DNA from: Vicugna vicugna
Taxonomy: Eukaryota
Direction of reading: 5' to 3'
Length of the DNA stretch: 64,000 nt
Assembly: GCA_013265495.1 (NCBI GenBank)
Contig: MU058198.1
Coordinates: forward strand, 2,802,419 to 2,866,418
Position 1 is the stretch's first letter. The number at the start of each line of letters is the position of its first letter. Positions 48,970 through 61,840 of the stretch are shown here, one piece after another. The translations under genes and the position numbers were made by a program. The notes under the pieces are model-generated. The model made no database searches, was not told the DNA's origin, and saw only the letters and a list, made by a program, of their open reading frames with translations.

Positions 48970-49110
48970 GCTGGGTCAGACAGAGCTGAGTTCAAGCCTC
49001 CACCACTTTCGAGCTGGATGAGCTCGGGTAACTTCCCTAACCTCAGTTTTCCCATCTGTAAAATGGAGGGGAAAATATCTCCTGTCAGCTATGTCCCCTG
49101 TGAGCAATTA
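48970..49110 (+). mobile_element. MIR fragment
   Basis: gtcagacagagctgagttcaagcc..cctcagttttcccatctgtaaaatggaggg. Confidence 0.8.
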
Positions 49111-50732
49111 GGCGGGATCTGATCCATCTGGACCTCTACCTTGACTGTCATTCCTTTTTGCTAGACACCTCCTTAGCCCTAAACCCAAGCCCCCAGGCCA
49201 TTTTTGCATCTTTATCTTAAGGTTCTATGAGAGGTAACTTGGAAGGAGAAAGCTTTCCACCCTTGTTTCCCTAAGCCTCAGATACGGGAGCTCCCTCAGA
49301 GGCCACCTCAATCCACAGTCTCTGAAGAAGGCATTGGGAGAAGCAAAGCAAACCCCAGAAAGAAGAGAGCATTTGGACTTGGGGCTCTTGCCTTCGAATC
49401 TCACTTCCCACCAGAGTGACCCCATGGTTTGTCCCTGTAGATTCAGTGTTGTTCTAGATTTTTATCAGAGATGCTCCTCTGCTGGGGATAAAGTGGGGAC
49501 CCTTCCCCAGAGGAACAGCACCTACCTGACTGCAGTGTGCCAGGAAGACATGGGGTCTTGGGTACAACACCAAGAGGATCAGTCCTGTCTGGGCATCATC
49601 GGCCGCCAAAAGCCGAGGATTTTGCCAGAGATTTCAATGGACCAGCTCTGCCCCAGCCTGGCTCTCTCCCAGGCTCAGGTCATCAGAAATCAGCTTTTCT
49701 CCCGTGGCTTGTGTAAGGGCCCGGACTCCCTCAGACCCAAGACTGAGAGCTACATTTGCACCACTCACAGGGGCGCAGTTGACACACGGATTAAGTAGCC
49801 CTGGAGGCTCACTTGCTTCTCCCTGGAAAATCTTTCCAGGCTGCCACAGATCCCGTTTTATAGCTCGACTTAGCTACACAATTAAACCCAAAGCAGCCCA
49901 GTTTATGAATATGAGATGCCAAGTTTCCCTGCAAAACATAGCAAAGTAACAGATGCTTTAGAGCAATAAACAAACTGAAATATAGCTTTTCTTTCTCTCT
50001 CTCTGATGTTAACAGGCAGAAAACTTTTCTGGGGCAGTGCAGCCTGGGGAGGGGTGCTGTAATATAGGGGTAGGTGCACACCACTCCACTGGACACGTGG
50101 CCTGGATGGCCCACCTTTGGGGATCTGTATTTGGCCCCAACCTTGTATGAAGCCCAGGGCCAGCACCAGCCTCCTGCAAAACAGACTGAGGCATCACTCT
50201 CAGTAAACCCAACTGCCGGGGAGACACTCAGTAAACCCAATGGAGACTGGATCCCACCTCATTTCTCCCTTGGCTGGAACATCTTGGGAGAGGAGACAGT
50301 TTGCACAACTTTAGGTCATGGGCCTGATGCAGGCACTTTTACACTGCTCAGAACGTGACTTCTGCTTCACAGAATTTTTTTGAAGAAACAAATGAAAAAC
50401 CCCGAACTCAAGAACCCAAGGAGACCTTGGCTCCTTTGCTGGTTTATACCTCACAACTGAAAGATGTTACATTGATGCCATTGTTAAATTACTAATCATC
50501 AGAGCCCCCAGCACTTCTGAGCCATCTGTGTGTGTGCCTGTGGCCTCCCTCTCCCCGACCGCCAGCGGCCGCCTCCACCTTGCACTCTACTTTCAGGCTT
50601 CTGTCGGCCCTTCCCAGATCTACAGCAGGTGACCTCGCTCCCTCCAGCCCTTTCCACCATTCACCGGGGAGGCAGTGTGCTAACACTTTGTATCCATTTT
50701 ATTTCATCGGCACAGAAGCCCTATGAGAGATC

Positions 50733-51232
50733 CTATCAGCCGGGGTTCTCCAGAGAAACAGAAGCAATCGGTTATATATAGATTTCATATAAGAGGAGAT
50801 TTATTATAGAAATTGCCTCATGTGGTAACAGAGGCTGAGAAGTCCCACGGTCTGCTGTCTGCAAGCTGGAGGACCAGGAGAGGTGGTGGAATTCAGTCCA
50901 CAGCTAAAGGCCAGGGAACCAGGGGAGCCGATGGTGTGAATCCCAGTCTGAGGCCAAGGGTCTGAGAACCACGAGGCCCAGTGTCTGTGGGCATAGAAGA
51001 CAGACACCCCAGCTCCAGAAGAGGGTGAATTCACTGCTCCTTGTCTTTATGTTCTGTTTTGGGCCCTCAGGGGATACTGGGAGTAAAGAGAGGGCAGCTC
51101 TCTTTATTGAGTCTACCGATTTCAAATGCTAATCTCCCCCGGAAACACCCTCACAGACACACCCAGAAACCATGTTTTACCAGCTCTCAGGGCATCTCTT
51201 AGCCCAGTCAAGTTGACACCTCAAATTAGTGT
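50733..51232 (-). mobile_element. MLT2 (ERVL) solo LTR
   Basis: gggttctccagagaaacagaa..gaggctgagaagtccca..tgctgtctgcaagctggag..ggaaacaccctcacagacacacccagaaa..ttagcccagtcaagttgacac. Confidence 0.92.
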
Positions 51233-52234
51233 TAAAGTCATCCGTTGCAGAAAATACATGACTTTCTCTGTTTCGTGTGTCCAGAGTGACTCAGAGTTCA
51301 CGTGACTTGCTGGATGAGCCCGACTTCTTAGGGGTGGAGACTGGACCATCACTCAGGCCTGAGTTTTCCCTGCACGGAAACTGTCTCCTGAGGGATCGTG
51401 CTTGACACATTCAGAAGGTTTTCCACCACAGCTAGAAGGTAGGATAAGACCTGAGATTTGGAGAATTATTTATAACTTTTTTTTCTCAGAAATAGTGGAC
51501 TTTTGTCAATATTTTGACAACTTTTTCTTTAAAAATGAAGCAGACGGAAGAACTGCCTTTGAAACAGTGGCTATTCTTAGGTTTGATTCAACATATAGCA
51601 GTTAAATAGTGACTACCTTCTTCCATGTCCAGATTCTTGATACGATAAGGAAAAATCCATGTCTTTTCCATGACAATCTTGTACAATCAGAAAGGGAAAA
51701 AAAAAAAGCTTCTGACATCCCTCCTTTAACCTCCTTGCTAATCAGAAAATTACTTTTCGCATAAATGCTTGAGATTAAATAATGATTAGTTACATTTGTG
51801 TGACAGCCCACCTCTTGGAAAATGTTGACATATGTGAGATCCTATTGAATAATCAGAGTCATAACCAAACTGTGGTGTCTTCTAAAAGGATTTTCTTCTT
51901 AAAGGAGCATTGCTTTATTTTTTTTTCTTTGAAAACCACTGAAATGTTTTTGAACGTGATGCAGTCATACTTTTAAACATCTTCCCTCACATTTTCCTTT
52001 TGAGGATATTTGATAAGCAAATTATTTATGCGCTTAAGACAGAGGACAATGTAAAATTTCTTTGTGACGTTTTTCTGGTTATTACAAAGAGAACTCAGCT
52101 GCATGCATCTTTCTGCAACAGGTGACTTCTCCGTGGTCTCTGTGAGGACATGATCCCTCCTTGGAATCTTCAAAGGCAAAATCACATATGTATTTGTTTC
52201 TTGTTTTGTTATCTTTTTTTTTGAGGCCTCACCA

Positions 52235-52450
52235 AGCACCAGACACTGTGCAAAGTACCTTTAATTCTCATCCACCCTTAATTATTATAATAACCCTATG
52301 AGGTAGGCACCATAATTGGCCCCATTTACCAGATGAGAAAACTGAAGTTTATAGAGGTTAAATAACTTACCCACAATTTCTCAGTTAAAAAGTGATCGAG
52401 CAGAATTACAAGCCATGTCAGACCAACTCCAGACACTGTGGGTTTATCCA
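52235..52450 (-). mobile_element. MIR SINE
   Basis: aaccctatgaggtaggcacc..cccatttaccagatgagaaaactgaagtttatagaggttaaataacttaccca. Confidence 0.88.
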
Positions 52451-52924
52451 CTCAGTTAGTATGCCTTCCTAAGGTTATCAAACTGACCTGCGGCATAAGA
52501 AGTGCCTAACAGTGGGTTAAACAAAGATTAGACTTTGCTGTTCAGCTCCCCAGGCATTCAGGATCTTGCTGGAGGCATTAGTGGAGAGAAGGAATCGCCT
52601 GTGTTTACAGAAAAGGGCCAGGGTTTGCTGACATGTTTAGTTAATCCACATGGAGTTGGCTGATGAGGATCCTGGTTAATTAGTTGTGGAATTTAAAAAA
52701 CGAGCAGATGTGCCATGGTAAAATGCATTTTACTTCCCGAACCCTAGGGGAAAACACTGGGTATGTTCTGCGTCTGTGTGTACTTACATATCTTGATTGC
52801 ACATTCAACAGCATGTTTTGCAAGACTCAGGTATCCTGGCTTTGTTCCACAATGGATAATTGCATTCTGCCTCAGTTCTCCCTATAGTCTCAGGCAGGTA
52901 CAAGACTGATCACAATGAGCACGG

Positions 52925-53125
52925 CTACGCACCAGCCAACACACCTGGGAAATTTCCACGCATCATCTCCAATCCTTTCCATAATCCTGCAGACTGAGGC
53001 TTAGTTTCTCCCCTAACTGAGTGGGGAAACTGAGGCTCAGTGAGAGGTCGGTGACTTCCCCAAGGCTGTACATGAGTTAAGTGGCAAAACAGAGATTCAA
53101 ACTTACACAGGTCTGGTTCCAGCAC
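52925..53125 (-). mobile_element. MIR SINE
   Basis: ggggaaactgaggctcagtgagaggtcggtgacttccccaaggctgtaca..aagtggcaaaacagagattcaaac. Confidence 0.85.
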
Positions 53126-53598
53126 CTGTATTTTTTTCCCCTTCTGCACTCTTCATTTGGAAAAAAAAAAATGCACTTAGAAAAAAAAAAAGTCAAAGGC
53201 TATATAAAAAAAGATATATAACAAAAATAAAGTTTTCACCCAGCCCTTAGCCCCCTGCTTTCCCTTCCCAGAGGGCCCCCCCACCATGCTCTTTTGTGTC
53301 ATCCAGTATATCTATGTATGTACACTCTATTTTTTCTTTGAAGCTGCTGGTTCTAAGTCGTTTGGCTGAAATGGACTACATCTCTGGACTGGTTTCCTAT
53401 TTAGAATTTACAAATGCTTTGGGAGCAAAGTGGGGAAGGGTTTTGCATGACTCTCAAACAACGAACAGGCTGTTCTAGCTACACATCTTTCAGGAAAAGT
53501 CATAAAGAACAGCAGGTCATATATTTTTATGCATGGTCAGGAGAGGGAGAGGGTATCAGAATATCCAGGGGTAACAATGTCCTCCTTCTTGACATCCA

Positions 53599-53624
53599 AA
53601 CACACACACACACACACACACACA
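53599..53624. repeat. (CA)n microsatellite
   Basis: Directly visible. Confidence 0.9.
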
Positions 53625-53639
53625 CCAGTTATCATGTGT

Positions 53640-56600
53640 AATATGGTATTTTCTAACTTTTTTTTTGAGCTACCAGTTTAATACCAACATCTTCCCATTG
53701 TCTTAAACATTTTTTAAAAATTTATTTATAACCACAGCATAGCATTTCGTTAAATGCACGTGCATCATTTAATCCATATAGTATTGTGCACATTTAGGTT
53801 GTTTTTGTTATTTCACTTCATTAAATAAAGAATACTGTGTGGAGCATCCTTATAATACAGATCTTTCTGCAAATATCTTAACATTTCAACAAGATAAATT
53901 CTAGTGACCACCTTCCATTAAATTTGAACTTATTTGCAGTAATAGCATTGTAGGAGAGTGTATATTTCTATGCACCATGGATAACACTAAATAATTCTTA
54001 ACTTGTGATAGATCAGAGTGCTATCTTACTTGTATTTAATTTGTATTTCTTTGATAGCTAATGATTTTTGTATTTTGCCAGTTTCGTGTCTTTTTCTCAG
54101 TTTTCTTCTGGGGAGTTTTTCTTATTAATTTATAAAATAAACTATTTATTAAAGATATTAAATATTTGTCTATCATATCTGGAACACCGTTTGCTTTTTT
54201 AAGTTTTATTGACCCTTATGGTGACTTTTTTGTCTTCCAAGCTTTAAAAATTTTATGTAGTCATATGTGAAGTCTTTTTCTTTGCCTTATTCTTTGATAT
54301 CATGGTCATAAAGCTTCCCCACTTCTGAAGAATATATACATATTTACTGATATTTTAATCTCTTATGCCATTGTTTTCCTTTTAACATTGAAGTAATTCA
54401 TCTTAAACTAATATTGGTGTAGATATGAATGAGTCAAATGTGAATTTGACTCCATTTTTCCTAGCTGATTGGCCAATTGTCCCAGCAAAGTCCTCATAAT
54501 CCATAATTTCCCAACTGACTTGACATGCTACTTTCATCATGTGTGTTTTTATATAGTTGTGCTTATTTCTGATTTCCTATTCTGTCCTAGCAATCCATTT
54601 GCCGATTCCTGAGCCAGAAACACACCGTTTTATTTACTACGGCTTTATGATCTATAGCATATGACATTGTAGTTTCTGCCCCATGATTCTTCCTTCTAAC
54701 ACAATGCATTGGTTCTTTAATTTATTCATTCAAAAGAAACTTCATAACTGTGATGTCAAATTCAATTGTTTAAATCCTCTTGGGGTTTGGACTGGTATTA
54801 CATTTGATTTATAGATTCATTTGAGAAGTATGGATTCATAGTATGAATTCCCATCTCCCCATTTATTAAAGTTTTAATTTGAACTGTCTATAAATTATGG
54901 AACAATATTAAATATTAATTGTGTTAGCAGCCATCTTTATTGTGCCTGACTTTAATGAGACTCAGAGCCTGGGGGTTACAGCACAGGCATTAGAGGCAAA
55001 ACACTTAGTTTTATATCCTGGCTTCACCAATCAGTACGTTGGGTCTTTGGCAGGTGATTCCTCTGCGCCAAATTTCCTTATATGAATAATAAGGTTAATG
55101 CAAATACCAATACTTACCTAGTGATCCTGAGGTGAGATTTAAATGACATAATAGATACAAAAGTACTTAGAACCATGCCTGCCACGTGGCTCTCAATAAA
55201 AGTTAGCTACTACACTATTTCATCCTCGAATATGAAGTCCCCGTGGGTTTGAGAAGGATATTCTTTTTCATGCTAAAGACGCAGCCTTCCTGGTTTCTTC
55301 AGGTAATTTTTTTTTTCGTAATTAGTGATGGATGTTGAATTTACTAAGTGCCTTTTCAGAATCTGTTGAAAAGATCATTTTTTTTCTTTTGACCTATTTC
55401 CGCGCTGAGTTACGATTCTGTGTTAGATGGAAAGATAGGGATCTCGGTGGGATGCGGCAGGTTTTCTCCTAATAAACTGTGCTATGGTAGATATTACTTG
55501 AAATCTTTCTCTTGAGAGGAATCTTCTGCTTGTCAGCTTAAGGTAGATAAGACCCTGCCAGCCGGTGTCTTGCCCTGCTCTTCACCTTGGCCAGTGTCTG
55601 GGGGCTGCCTGTTTCAGGAGCTTCGGAGGATCATCTCCCCATCTCTGCCCTACTAGGAGAGAGGCTCCAGCCCAGCTGTAGGGCTGGGGGAAGCTCTGTA
55701 GGTCCAGCTGCTCTGTCTAAACATTGACTCTGCTTCTGCCCCACCTCTCACCTGACCAGGGTCCCTGGTCCTTCCAATTCCAGAACTATTGGAAGATTCC
55801 CCTTTCTGCTCATCAGTGACACCCCTTTCCCCTGCAGCCTCCCTTTAAGTTTCAGCTTTCTCTTTCTAAGACCAATATCCCTCATAACTCAGCCTCCCAT
55901 CCTCCAAAAGTAAGTCTCTCTTCATTATCTGCTACCCGTTCTCTTGATATTTTGCATTTATACCTTTTATCCATCCATTACCAATTTAGTGGTGGCCAGA
56001 GAAGAAGGGTAGAAGAACACTGTGTTTGATCCACCGTGTTACATGGATGTTCCACCGTGAATTGAGCTCTTCATCAATATTCACTGATGCCCTTTGTCTC
56101 ATTTAATGTCTTTTGCCTCAGAGTCTACTTTTTCTGGTGTTAGTAGCATGACTCTAGCTTTCTTTAGACTGTCATTTTCCTGCTGTATCTGACCCTCTCC
56201 ATGTTCATATAAAATATTTCCATCCCTGTGCTCTGGGGTGGTCTTGTAACCACAGATATAACTGACTAGGCTTTGTGTTAGAATGAGAAATCTTCAATGT
56301 TGTCTTTTTTTTTTTTTAATTGTGGTGTTTAGCCTATTTCCAATGACTTTAAATATTAACACAATCAGTCCTACTTCTTCTGTTTCTGTCACCTAGCTTT
56401 CCTTTCCTGTCTCTTTTGTTATATGAGCTGCATTTACTTTCCTTCTTTATTTTCCAGTATTTTGAAAGATAGATGTCCTGTTTTTAATTCATTTTACTTT
56501 TCTCTACTAGAGTAAATAAGAAGGAAGGACCTTTTGATAAAGAATCTCATGTGCTTCCTCTGCCCCTCCCCTCCCCTTCTTCCTCTACTGCCAGCTTCTC

Positions 56601-57500
56601 AGTCTTTGTCCATTTAACCTAAGATTTTAAATTTGATTGGTCAAATTATTAATTTTTCAATAGTATTAAAGTATAAGTTATTAATTTTTCTATCTAATTT
56701 TTAAAGGAAAAAAATCTTGATATTAGGAGTTAAATGTATTAGTTATTTGGGCTGAGTGCTTTGTTCAGCCCCATTCACTGTCCTTTCATGTACGACTTCC
56801 CCATTCTCCAGTTCTTTCACACCAGAGCTCGGGTCATGGCTTTTATTTTCAAGGAGCTTTTTGGAGAATGAGGTCAAACGCTTTTCACGCTGTTGCACAT
56901 CTTATAGTGCTTTTTCTTTTGCCTTCACAAGCAAATTGACTAAGTACTAAGCATTGGCAGTCACAATTTTTTTTTCTGCCAAACTCTATGGGTGATGGTC
57001 TGTGTTTTCTAGGACTTAATGTTGCTACAAAGTCTTTGTCTGGCTTGAATTTGTAGAAAAACTGTTTTGTTTGCTTTATCCATTCTGGGTATCTATAATC
57101 CTTACAGAACTTTCACATTTCATATATAATTTTAAATGTTTGCCCTGACACACGTTTGTATAGATAGATGATGGATGGATGGATGCATGCATAGATACAT
57201 GGATGCATGGATATATGGATGGATTTGTGATGTAAGGTTTATTTTGTTCAGACTAAACTGACCTTTTGATCTACCCACATTGCCATCTTTTATCTCTTTG
57301 ATGAAATCTCTGCCTATAGCTCTGTCCGATTTTTTTCGGGTTTCTTCTTCAACAAACTATTCACTGCCTATGAAGACTCTGTCTTCCAGGTCACCTTCTC
57401 TCTCGCCAGTTCAGTCTTGTGGACTTTTACTTGAGAAGCCCAAGATCAGGCTCATGTTTGTTCTGATTTTTATTTTCTCTGTTGCTAGTTCTACTCTTGA
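53640..57500 (-). mobile_element. Patchwork of very old antisense L1M/HAL1-like fragments
   Basis: T-rich; tttaatttgtatttctttgatagctaatga, ccaattgtcccagca, ggatgttgaatttactaagtgccttttcagaatctgttgaaaagatcat; includes a MIR at ~54965-55210 and a (GATG)n tract at ~57160-57222. Confidence 0.7.
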
Positions 57501-57639
57501 CCGCTGTCAGTGTAGTTTGCTAACGCATTTTAGGTTCCCTACAATACCATCGTACCGTCCACACCTCTTTTTGTCTTATCCTCTTGTCTTTTCATTTCAT
57601 CCTATGTTCTTTCATCCAAGCCAATGCACATCTCTTGAC

Positions 57640-57885
57640 CTTCTGCTCAAATGTCCACTGTGGGGTTCCTCCGACCACTCAATTCCCTCATTACACTTGC
57701 TCACCTTTGCCTCCACCCCAAATTGCAATGATATATTGCTTATTTGTCCATTATCTCCTCCACCAGACCAGAGGCTCCATGAGGGCAAGTGCTACCTACA
57801 TCTCTTATTTAGAGCCATGACCTCAGCTCCTAGCACAATGGCTGGCAAACAGGTGCTTAATAATTACTGAATTATTGAATTGTTG
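57640..57885 (+). mobile_element. L2 LINE 3' end
   Basis: ctgctcaaatgtcc..ggctccatgagggcaag..ctcctagcacaatggctggcaaacaggtgcttaataattactgaatt. Confidence 0.8.
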
Positions 57886-57949
57886 GATGAGTCTCTGTCC
57901 ACATTACTCTGGCTTGGATGCTCTTTGGCTGAACTAACATTGTTTTGAG

Positions 57950-58240
57950 TCAGAGGTTCCCAAACTTGAGCCACTGAAGGACCACCTTTTTTCTAAATTC
58001 TTGTACCATATATACTATTATTTACTTAATGTTTATCTGGAGATCAAGTCACATTTTCTGTGTTCACTCCATATTGAAGCCTCATATTAAGCAGTGAATT
58101 CTGTTAAACAAAGATGATGTTCTAGTTCTAATTTTCTAAAATGCATTAAAATAAACACAAAACTGTTAAAAAAAAAAGTACTTTTCATCCATGAATCACT
58201 TGCACCGCAGAGATGACATATAAAGAGCTCAGACCACTGC
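57950..58240. mobile_element. hAT-Charlie-type remnant
   Basis: Begins cagaggttcccaaactt and ends cagaccactg (TIR-like ends); AT-rich body. Confidence 0.5.
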
Positions 58241-58866
58241 ATTTCCTCAAGGAATCAAGGTCTTCATGCTTTAGACTTTGATTCTTCCCCTGTTATTCAT
58301 TCAACAAGCCTGAGTCATGCTTTTTTGGCTGCCTGTGATGGTGTGGCACTGTGACAAGAACTGAAAACTTCACAGTCAGCAAGGAAGACACCAGCCCTTC
58401 CTGATGGGGTTTGCAGACTAACTGGGGTGGAGGGGTGGCAATAGATAAACAGATACGTTAAGAGAATTAGAGACTGTGCTCAGAGCTATGAGGGAAATAA
58501 ACCATGGGGTTTAGAGAGTGCAGTACTTTTCATCCATGAATCACTTGCACCGCAGAGATGACATATAAAGAGCTCAGACCACTGCATTTCCTCAAGGAAT
58601 CAAGGTCTTCATGCTTTAGACTTTGATTCTTCCCCTGTTATTCATTCAACAAGCCTGAGTCATGCTTTTTTGGCTGCCTGTGATGGTGTGGCACTGTGAC
58701 AAGAACTGAAAACTTCACAGTCAGCAAGGAAGACACCAGCCCTTCCTGATGGGGTTTGCAGACTAACTGGGGTGGAGGGGTGGCAATAGATAAACAGATA
58801 CGTTAAGAGAATTAGAGACTGTGCTCAGAGCTATGAGGGAAATAAACCATGGGGTTTAGAGAGTGC
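58177..58866 (+). repeat. Perfect head-to-tail tandem duplication, 2 x 345 bp
   Basis: 58177-58521 matches 58522-58866 with no difference found by eye; blunt junction gagagtgc|agtacttt. Confidence 0.97.
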
Positions 58867-58990
58867 CATGTGAGAATGGTGACATTTGAACAGAGATCTG
58901 AGGATGGGAAGGACTGAGCCATGGAAGAGTCAGGGAAACGTGTTCTAGGCAGAAATAGCAGAAAAGGCCTGGAGTCAGGAAAAGACAGGA
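58290..58990 (-). mobile_element. L2 3' fragment, partly duplicated by the tandem duplication
   Basis: ttattcattcaacaag terminus; ggtgacatttgaacagagatctgagga..gttctaggcagaaatagcagaaaaggcctggag. Confidence 0.7.
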
Positions 58991-60919
58991 CTGAAGGATT
59001 TGAGAGTGTCCGCTAGCTCATCTTACTGGGTGTCCCGACTGCCTTGCAGAACTGAAATGCTGAGCTGGACCATTCCACATGATAGCTTGGACAAGAATCC
59101 AGATCTGCAGTTTGGGGTGGGTCCTGGACCCTGTGGAAGTGCTGTTGACTCAACGACCTTCCATGCCGCTTTGGGTACACGGGAGGCCTGGATGATATCT
59201 GAGCAGCTGACTCCCCAGTGCTTTGCCCAACAGCGCTGCTCCCCTTGCTCCCTGCACGATCAGAGAGCCGACCCCAGCTCACCCTTGCAAACACTGGGTC
59301 TCATGTATTCTGTTACACCTGCCTCTTTGGGAGACAAAATGGAAAAGACTCCTGGCAGTGGCTAATTTCTCCCAGGGAGGCTGCAGGGAATTGGGGTGGG
59401 CCAGGCAGAAGGCGTTGCCTCCAACAGTGGCAGTTGGATCACCTTCTGCTAGGGGGCACTGCTATGCTGCAGGAAGTAGGGGCAGGCTTGCAGAACTCCA
59501 CCCTGCACATGTAGTACCTGGGGGGACTCTGGAGTGTGAGATTGTAAAGCTTGGTGTTAAAAAAAATAAGATAAACTCATGGACTCATCTAGACTTTGGC
59601 TGGGGTGTTTGCAGATGCCTGGGTAGCTTTCAGAACTGCTCTAAGGACTGACAGGTCCTCAGTGTGGATCCAGGCACAGGTGGAAGGAGGGGCCTCCATG
59701 GACACCGCACAGGCAGGGAACCTTGGGAGGCGGAGGTGGAGTTGCACAGGCCAAGGGGACTGGCTCCATTCTCGGCCTGGGGCTAATCAGTGTGGAAAAC
59801 TCGGTGTTTGGCAGCAGGGAAATGAAGAGGTTCTGTTCTAACAATTTCTGTATTCTCTATGGTGTGAGCTCATCTGCTGAGAGGGGCAGGAAAGGGCAGG
59901 CTTTGATCATTTACCAAGAATGGAAAAGGTCTGGTGGTGTTGTGCAGAACGGGCGAGTGAGCTGGCCAGAGGACCGTGGCAGAACTGCTGGCTGTGCCAA
60001 GGCCCTCTTTGTGTCAACAATCAGGTGTTTGTACTGGAGCCAACCTGCCAGTTTCAGACATTCTCCTGCGGTACTCTCCCTTCTTCCCCTCCATCTGTTT
60101 TCACTTAGATTGACTTCGGGAGCCTGTAAGGAGAAAAGAGTTCCCCTAAGCCACCATTTGGTGCCACCTCTGGTAGCCTTGAGCCCATTTGGTATCCCCC
60201 AGGGGACCATCTTGCTTCCTCGATGTTGACGTCCCTGGGGAGTGTCACACAAGACCAAGCTGGCTCAGAATGGATGCTGGAGAGCAAAACCTTGCTAGAG
60301 AAAGATGCTGGGCTGCTTCCCGCAGCTCTGCGCCTGAATGAGGAAACTGTGATTGGACCTGAACTGGCAGGGACTAATCACCAGAAGAGGCTGGGTGAGA
60401 AGTGACCAGTTAGATTCAGTTATAGATTAGATGTGAGTGTTGCTGGGGCCACTTGTGGATGATGAGGCCGTTTAGTGAGACACAAAGAGATAAGGAGTAA
60501 GTGGAGGAAAAATAACTGAAATATGTGTGGAGAAGAACAAGTTAGAGGGGGAAAAAGGAAACCAAGACATTGTGTTCTCCAAGCCAAGAGAGAACAGTGT
60601 CCCCTAGAAGTAGGGAACGAGCTGACATCTCAGGTAGGTGAAACTAGACCAGGACAGAATGGGATTGGCGTTCATGGGTTCACTCAGAGAGCTGCTTCAG
60701 AGGGTGAGGGGTGGGAAGTTGAGGATGAATGTGAGGTGAGGAAGGAGAGCCACTGAGCTTTATGCTACGAACTTTGGGAAGAATGGTACACAGTAAGCAC
60801 TGAGCCCAGAGTTACAGTTCTCCCTGAAGGTGATCAATTTCACCCAGATCTTATTATCTTTTAAGAATTATTCTACGTATCAATCATTATATTACTGTAT
60901 ATTCTTTAAAAATAAAAGA

Positions 60920-61085
60920 ACAAGGTCCCATCACAAGAAAAATTGTGTAACTATGTATAGTGATTAGTATTTACTAGACTTACCGTGGTGATCACTTCAC
61001 AACATATACATATGTCGAAGCATTATGTTGTACATCTGCAACTGACATAATGTTATATGTTAATTCTATCTCACTCTTAAAAATA
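60920..61085 (+). mobile_element. L1MA/MB-like 3' end
   Basis: catcacaagaaaaattgtgtaactatgt..gtggtgatcacttcacaacatatacatatgtcgaagcattatgttgtaca..taatgttatatgttaattctatctca. Confidence 0.85.
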
Positions 61086-61409
61086 ACTGAATAGATTAAA
61101 AGACAAAAAAAAGAAAAGACTTAAACAAAAGGGGGGAAATTGAACAGCGAAAGAGGAACCCGTTGATGGCTGGACACAGTGCTTTACAGTTTACATGGGC
61201 CTCTCACATGTTTATCCAGCCAAGTGAAGTCCTTATTACCATCACCCACACGTTGCATTGAGGAAACTACTATGAAAGTCACAAGGCCGGGAAATGGAAG
61301 AGCTGGGTTTTCTGAATTCACATTATCTACAGTTCATCGTCCGACATCAATCAGCCGATCCCATTTAATGCATAGATATTCACTGACTATGCAATTTGTG
61401 CACGGATGG

Positions 61410-61597
61410 CCAGGGCCTGACTACTTAAACTGTGGGCCATGGACCAGCCCGTCAGCCTCACTGCAGAGCCTGTTAGGTACAAATGCGGAATCTCGGCCCC
61501 CTTCCTAGACTTACAGAATCAGAATCCGCATATCAGCAAGACTCCCTCCGACCCCCAATCAGTACGAATGTGCATTAAACCATGCGAAGCGCAGACT
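61410..61597. mobile_element. MER5-like hAT-Charlie element
   Basis: cttaaactgtgggccatggaccagc..tgttag..aaatgcggaatctcggccccc..cctagacttacagaatcagaatccgcat. Confidence 0.7.
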
Positions 61598-61840
61598 TAA
61601 CGGACCCACTCCCTGGAGCAAGGGAGAGTAGGCTTACATGGGGGGAAGGAGCTAAGGCCAGACTGAGAGAGAAGGTGAGAGACCCAGAGTGACCCACAGA
61701 AGGTGGCCTGATAGTGTCCCCAAGGTCAGGCCAGGCTAGCTGCAGATGGTGCCTGAGAAATGGAGGTCCAGTTGCCTGCAAACTTATAGGAGCTGTAAGT
61801 GCAGCAGCAAAATCCATTCATTCAACACCCACGGTCATCC

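Noticed and set aside
57280..57870. Longest ORF (196 aa)
   Set aside because: It has a non-ATG start, is S/L/F/P-biased, and runs across antisense L1-like and L2 remnants.
29964..58866. Tandem duplications as CRISPR-like or satellite arrays
   Set aside because: Each has only two long copies and no repeat-spacer organisation, and the context is mammalian.
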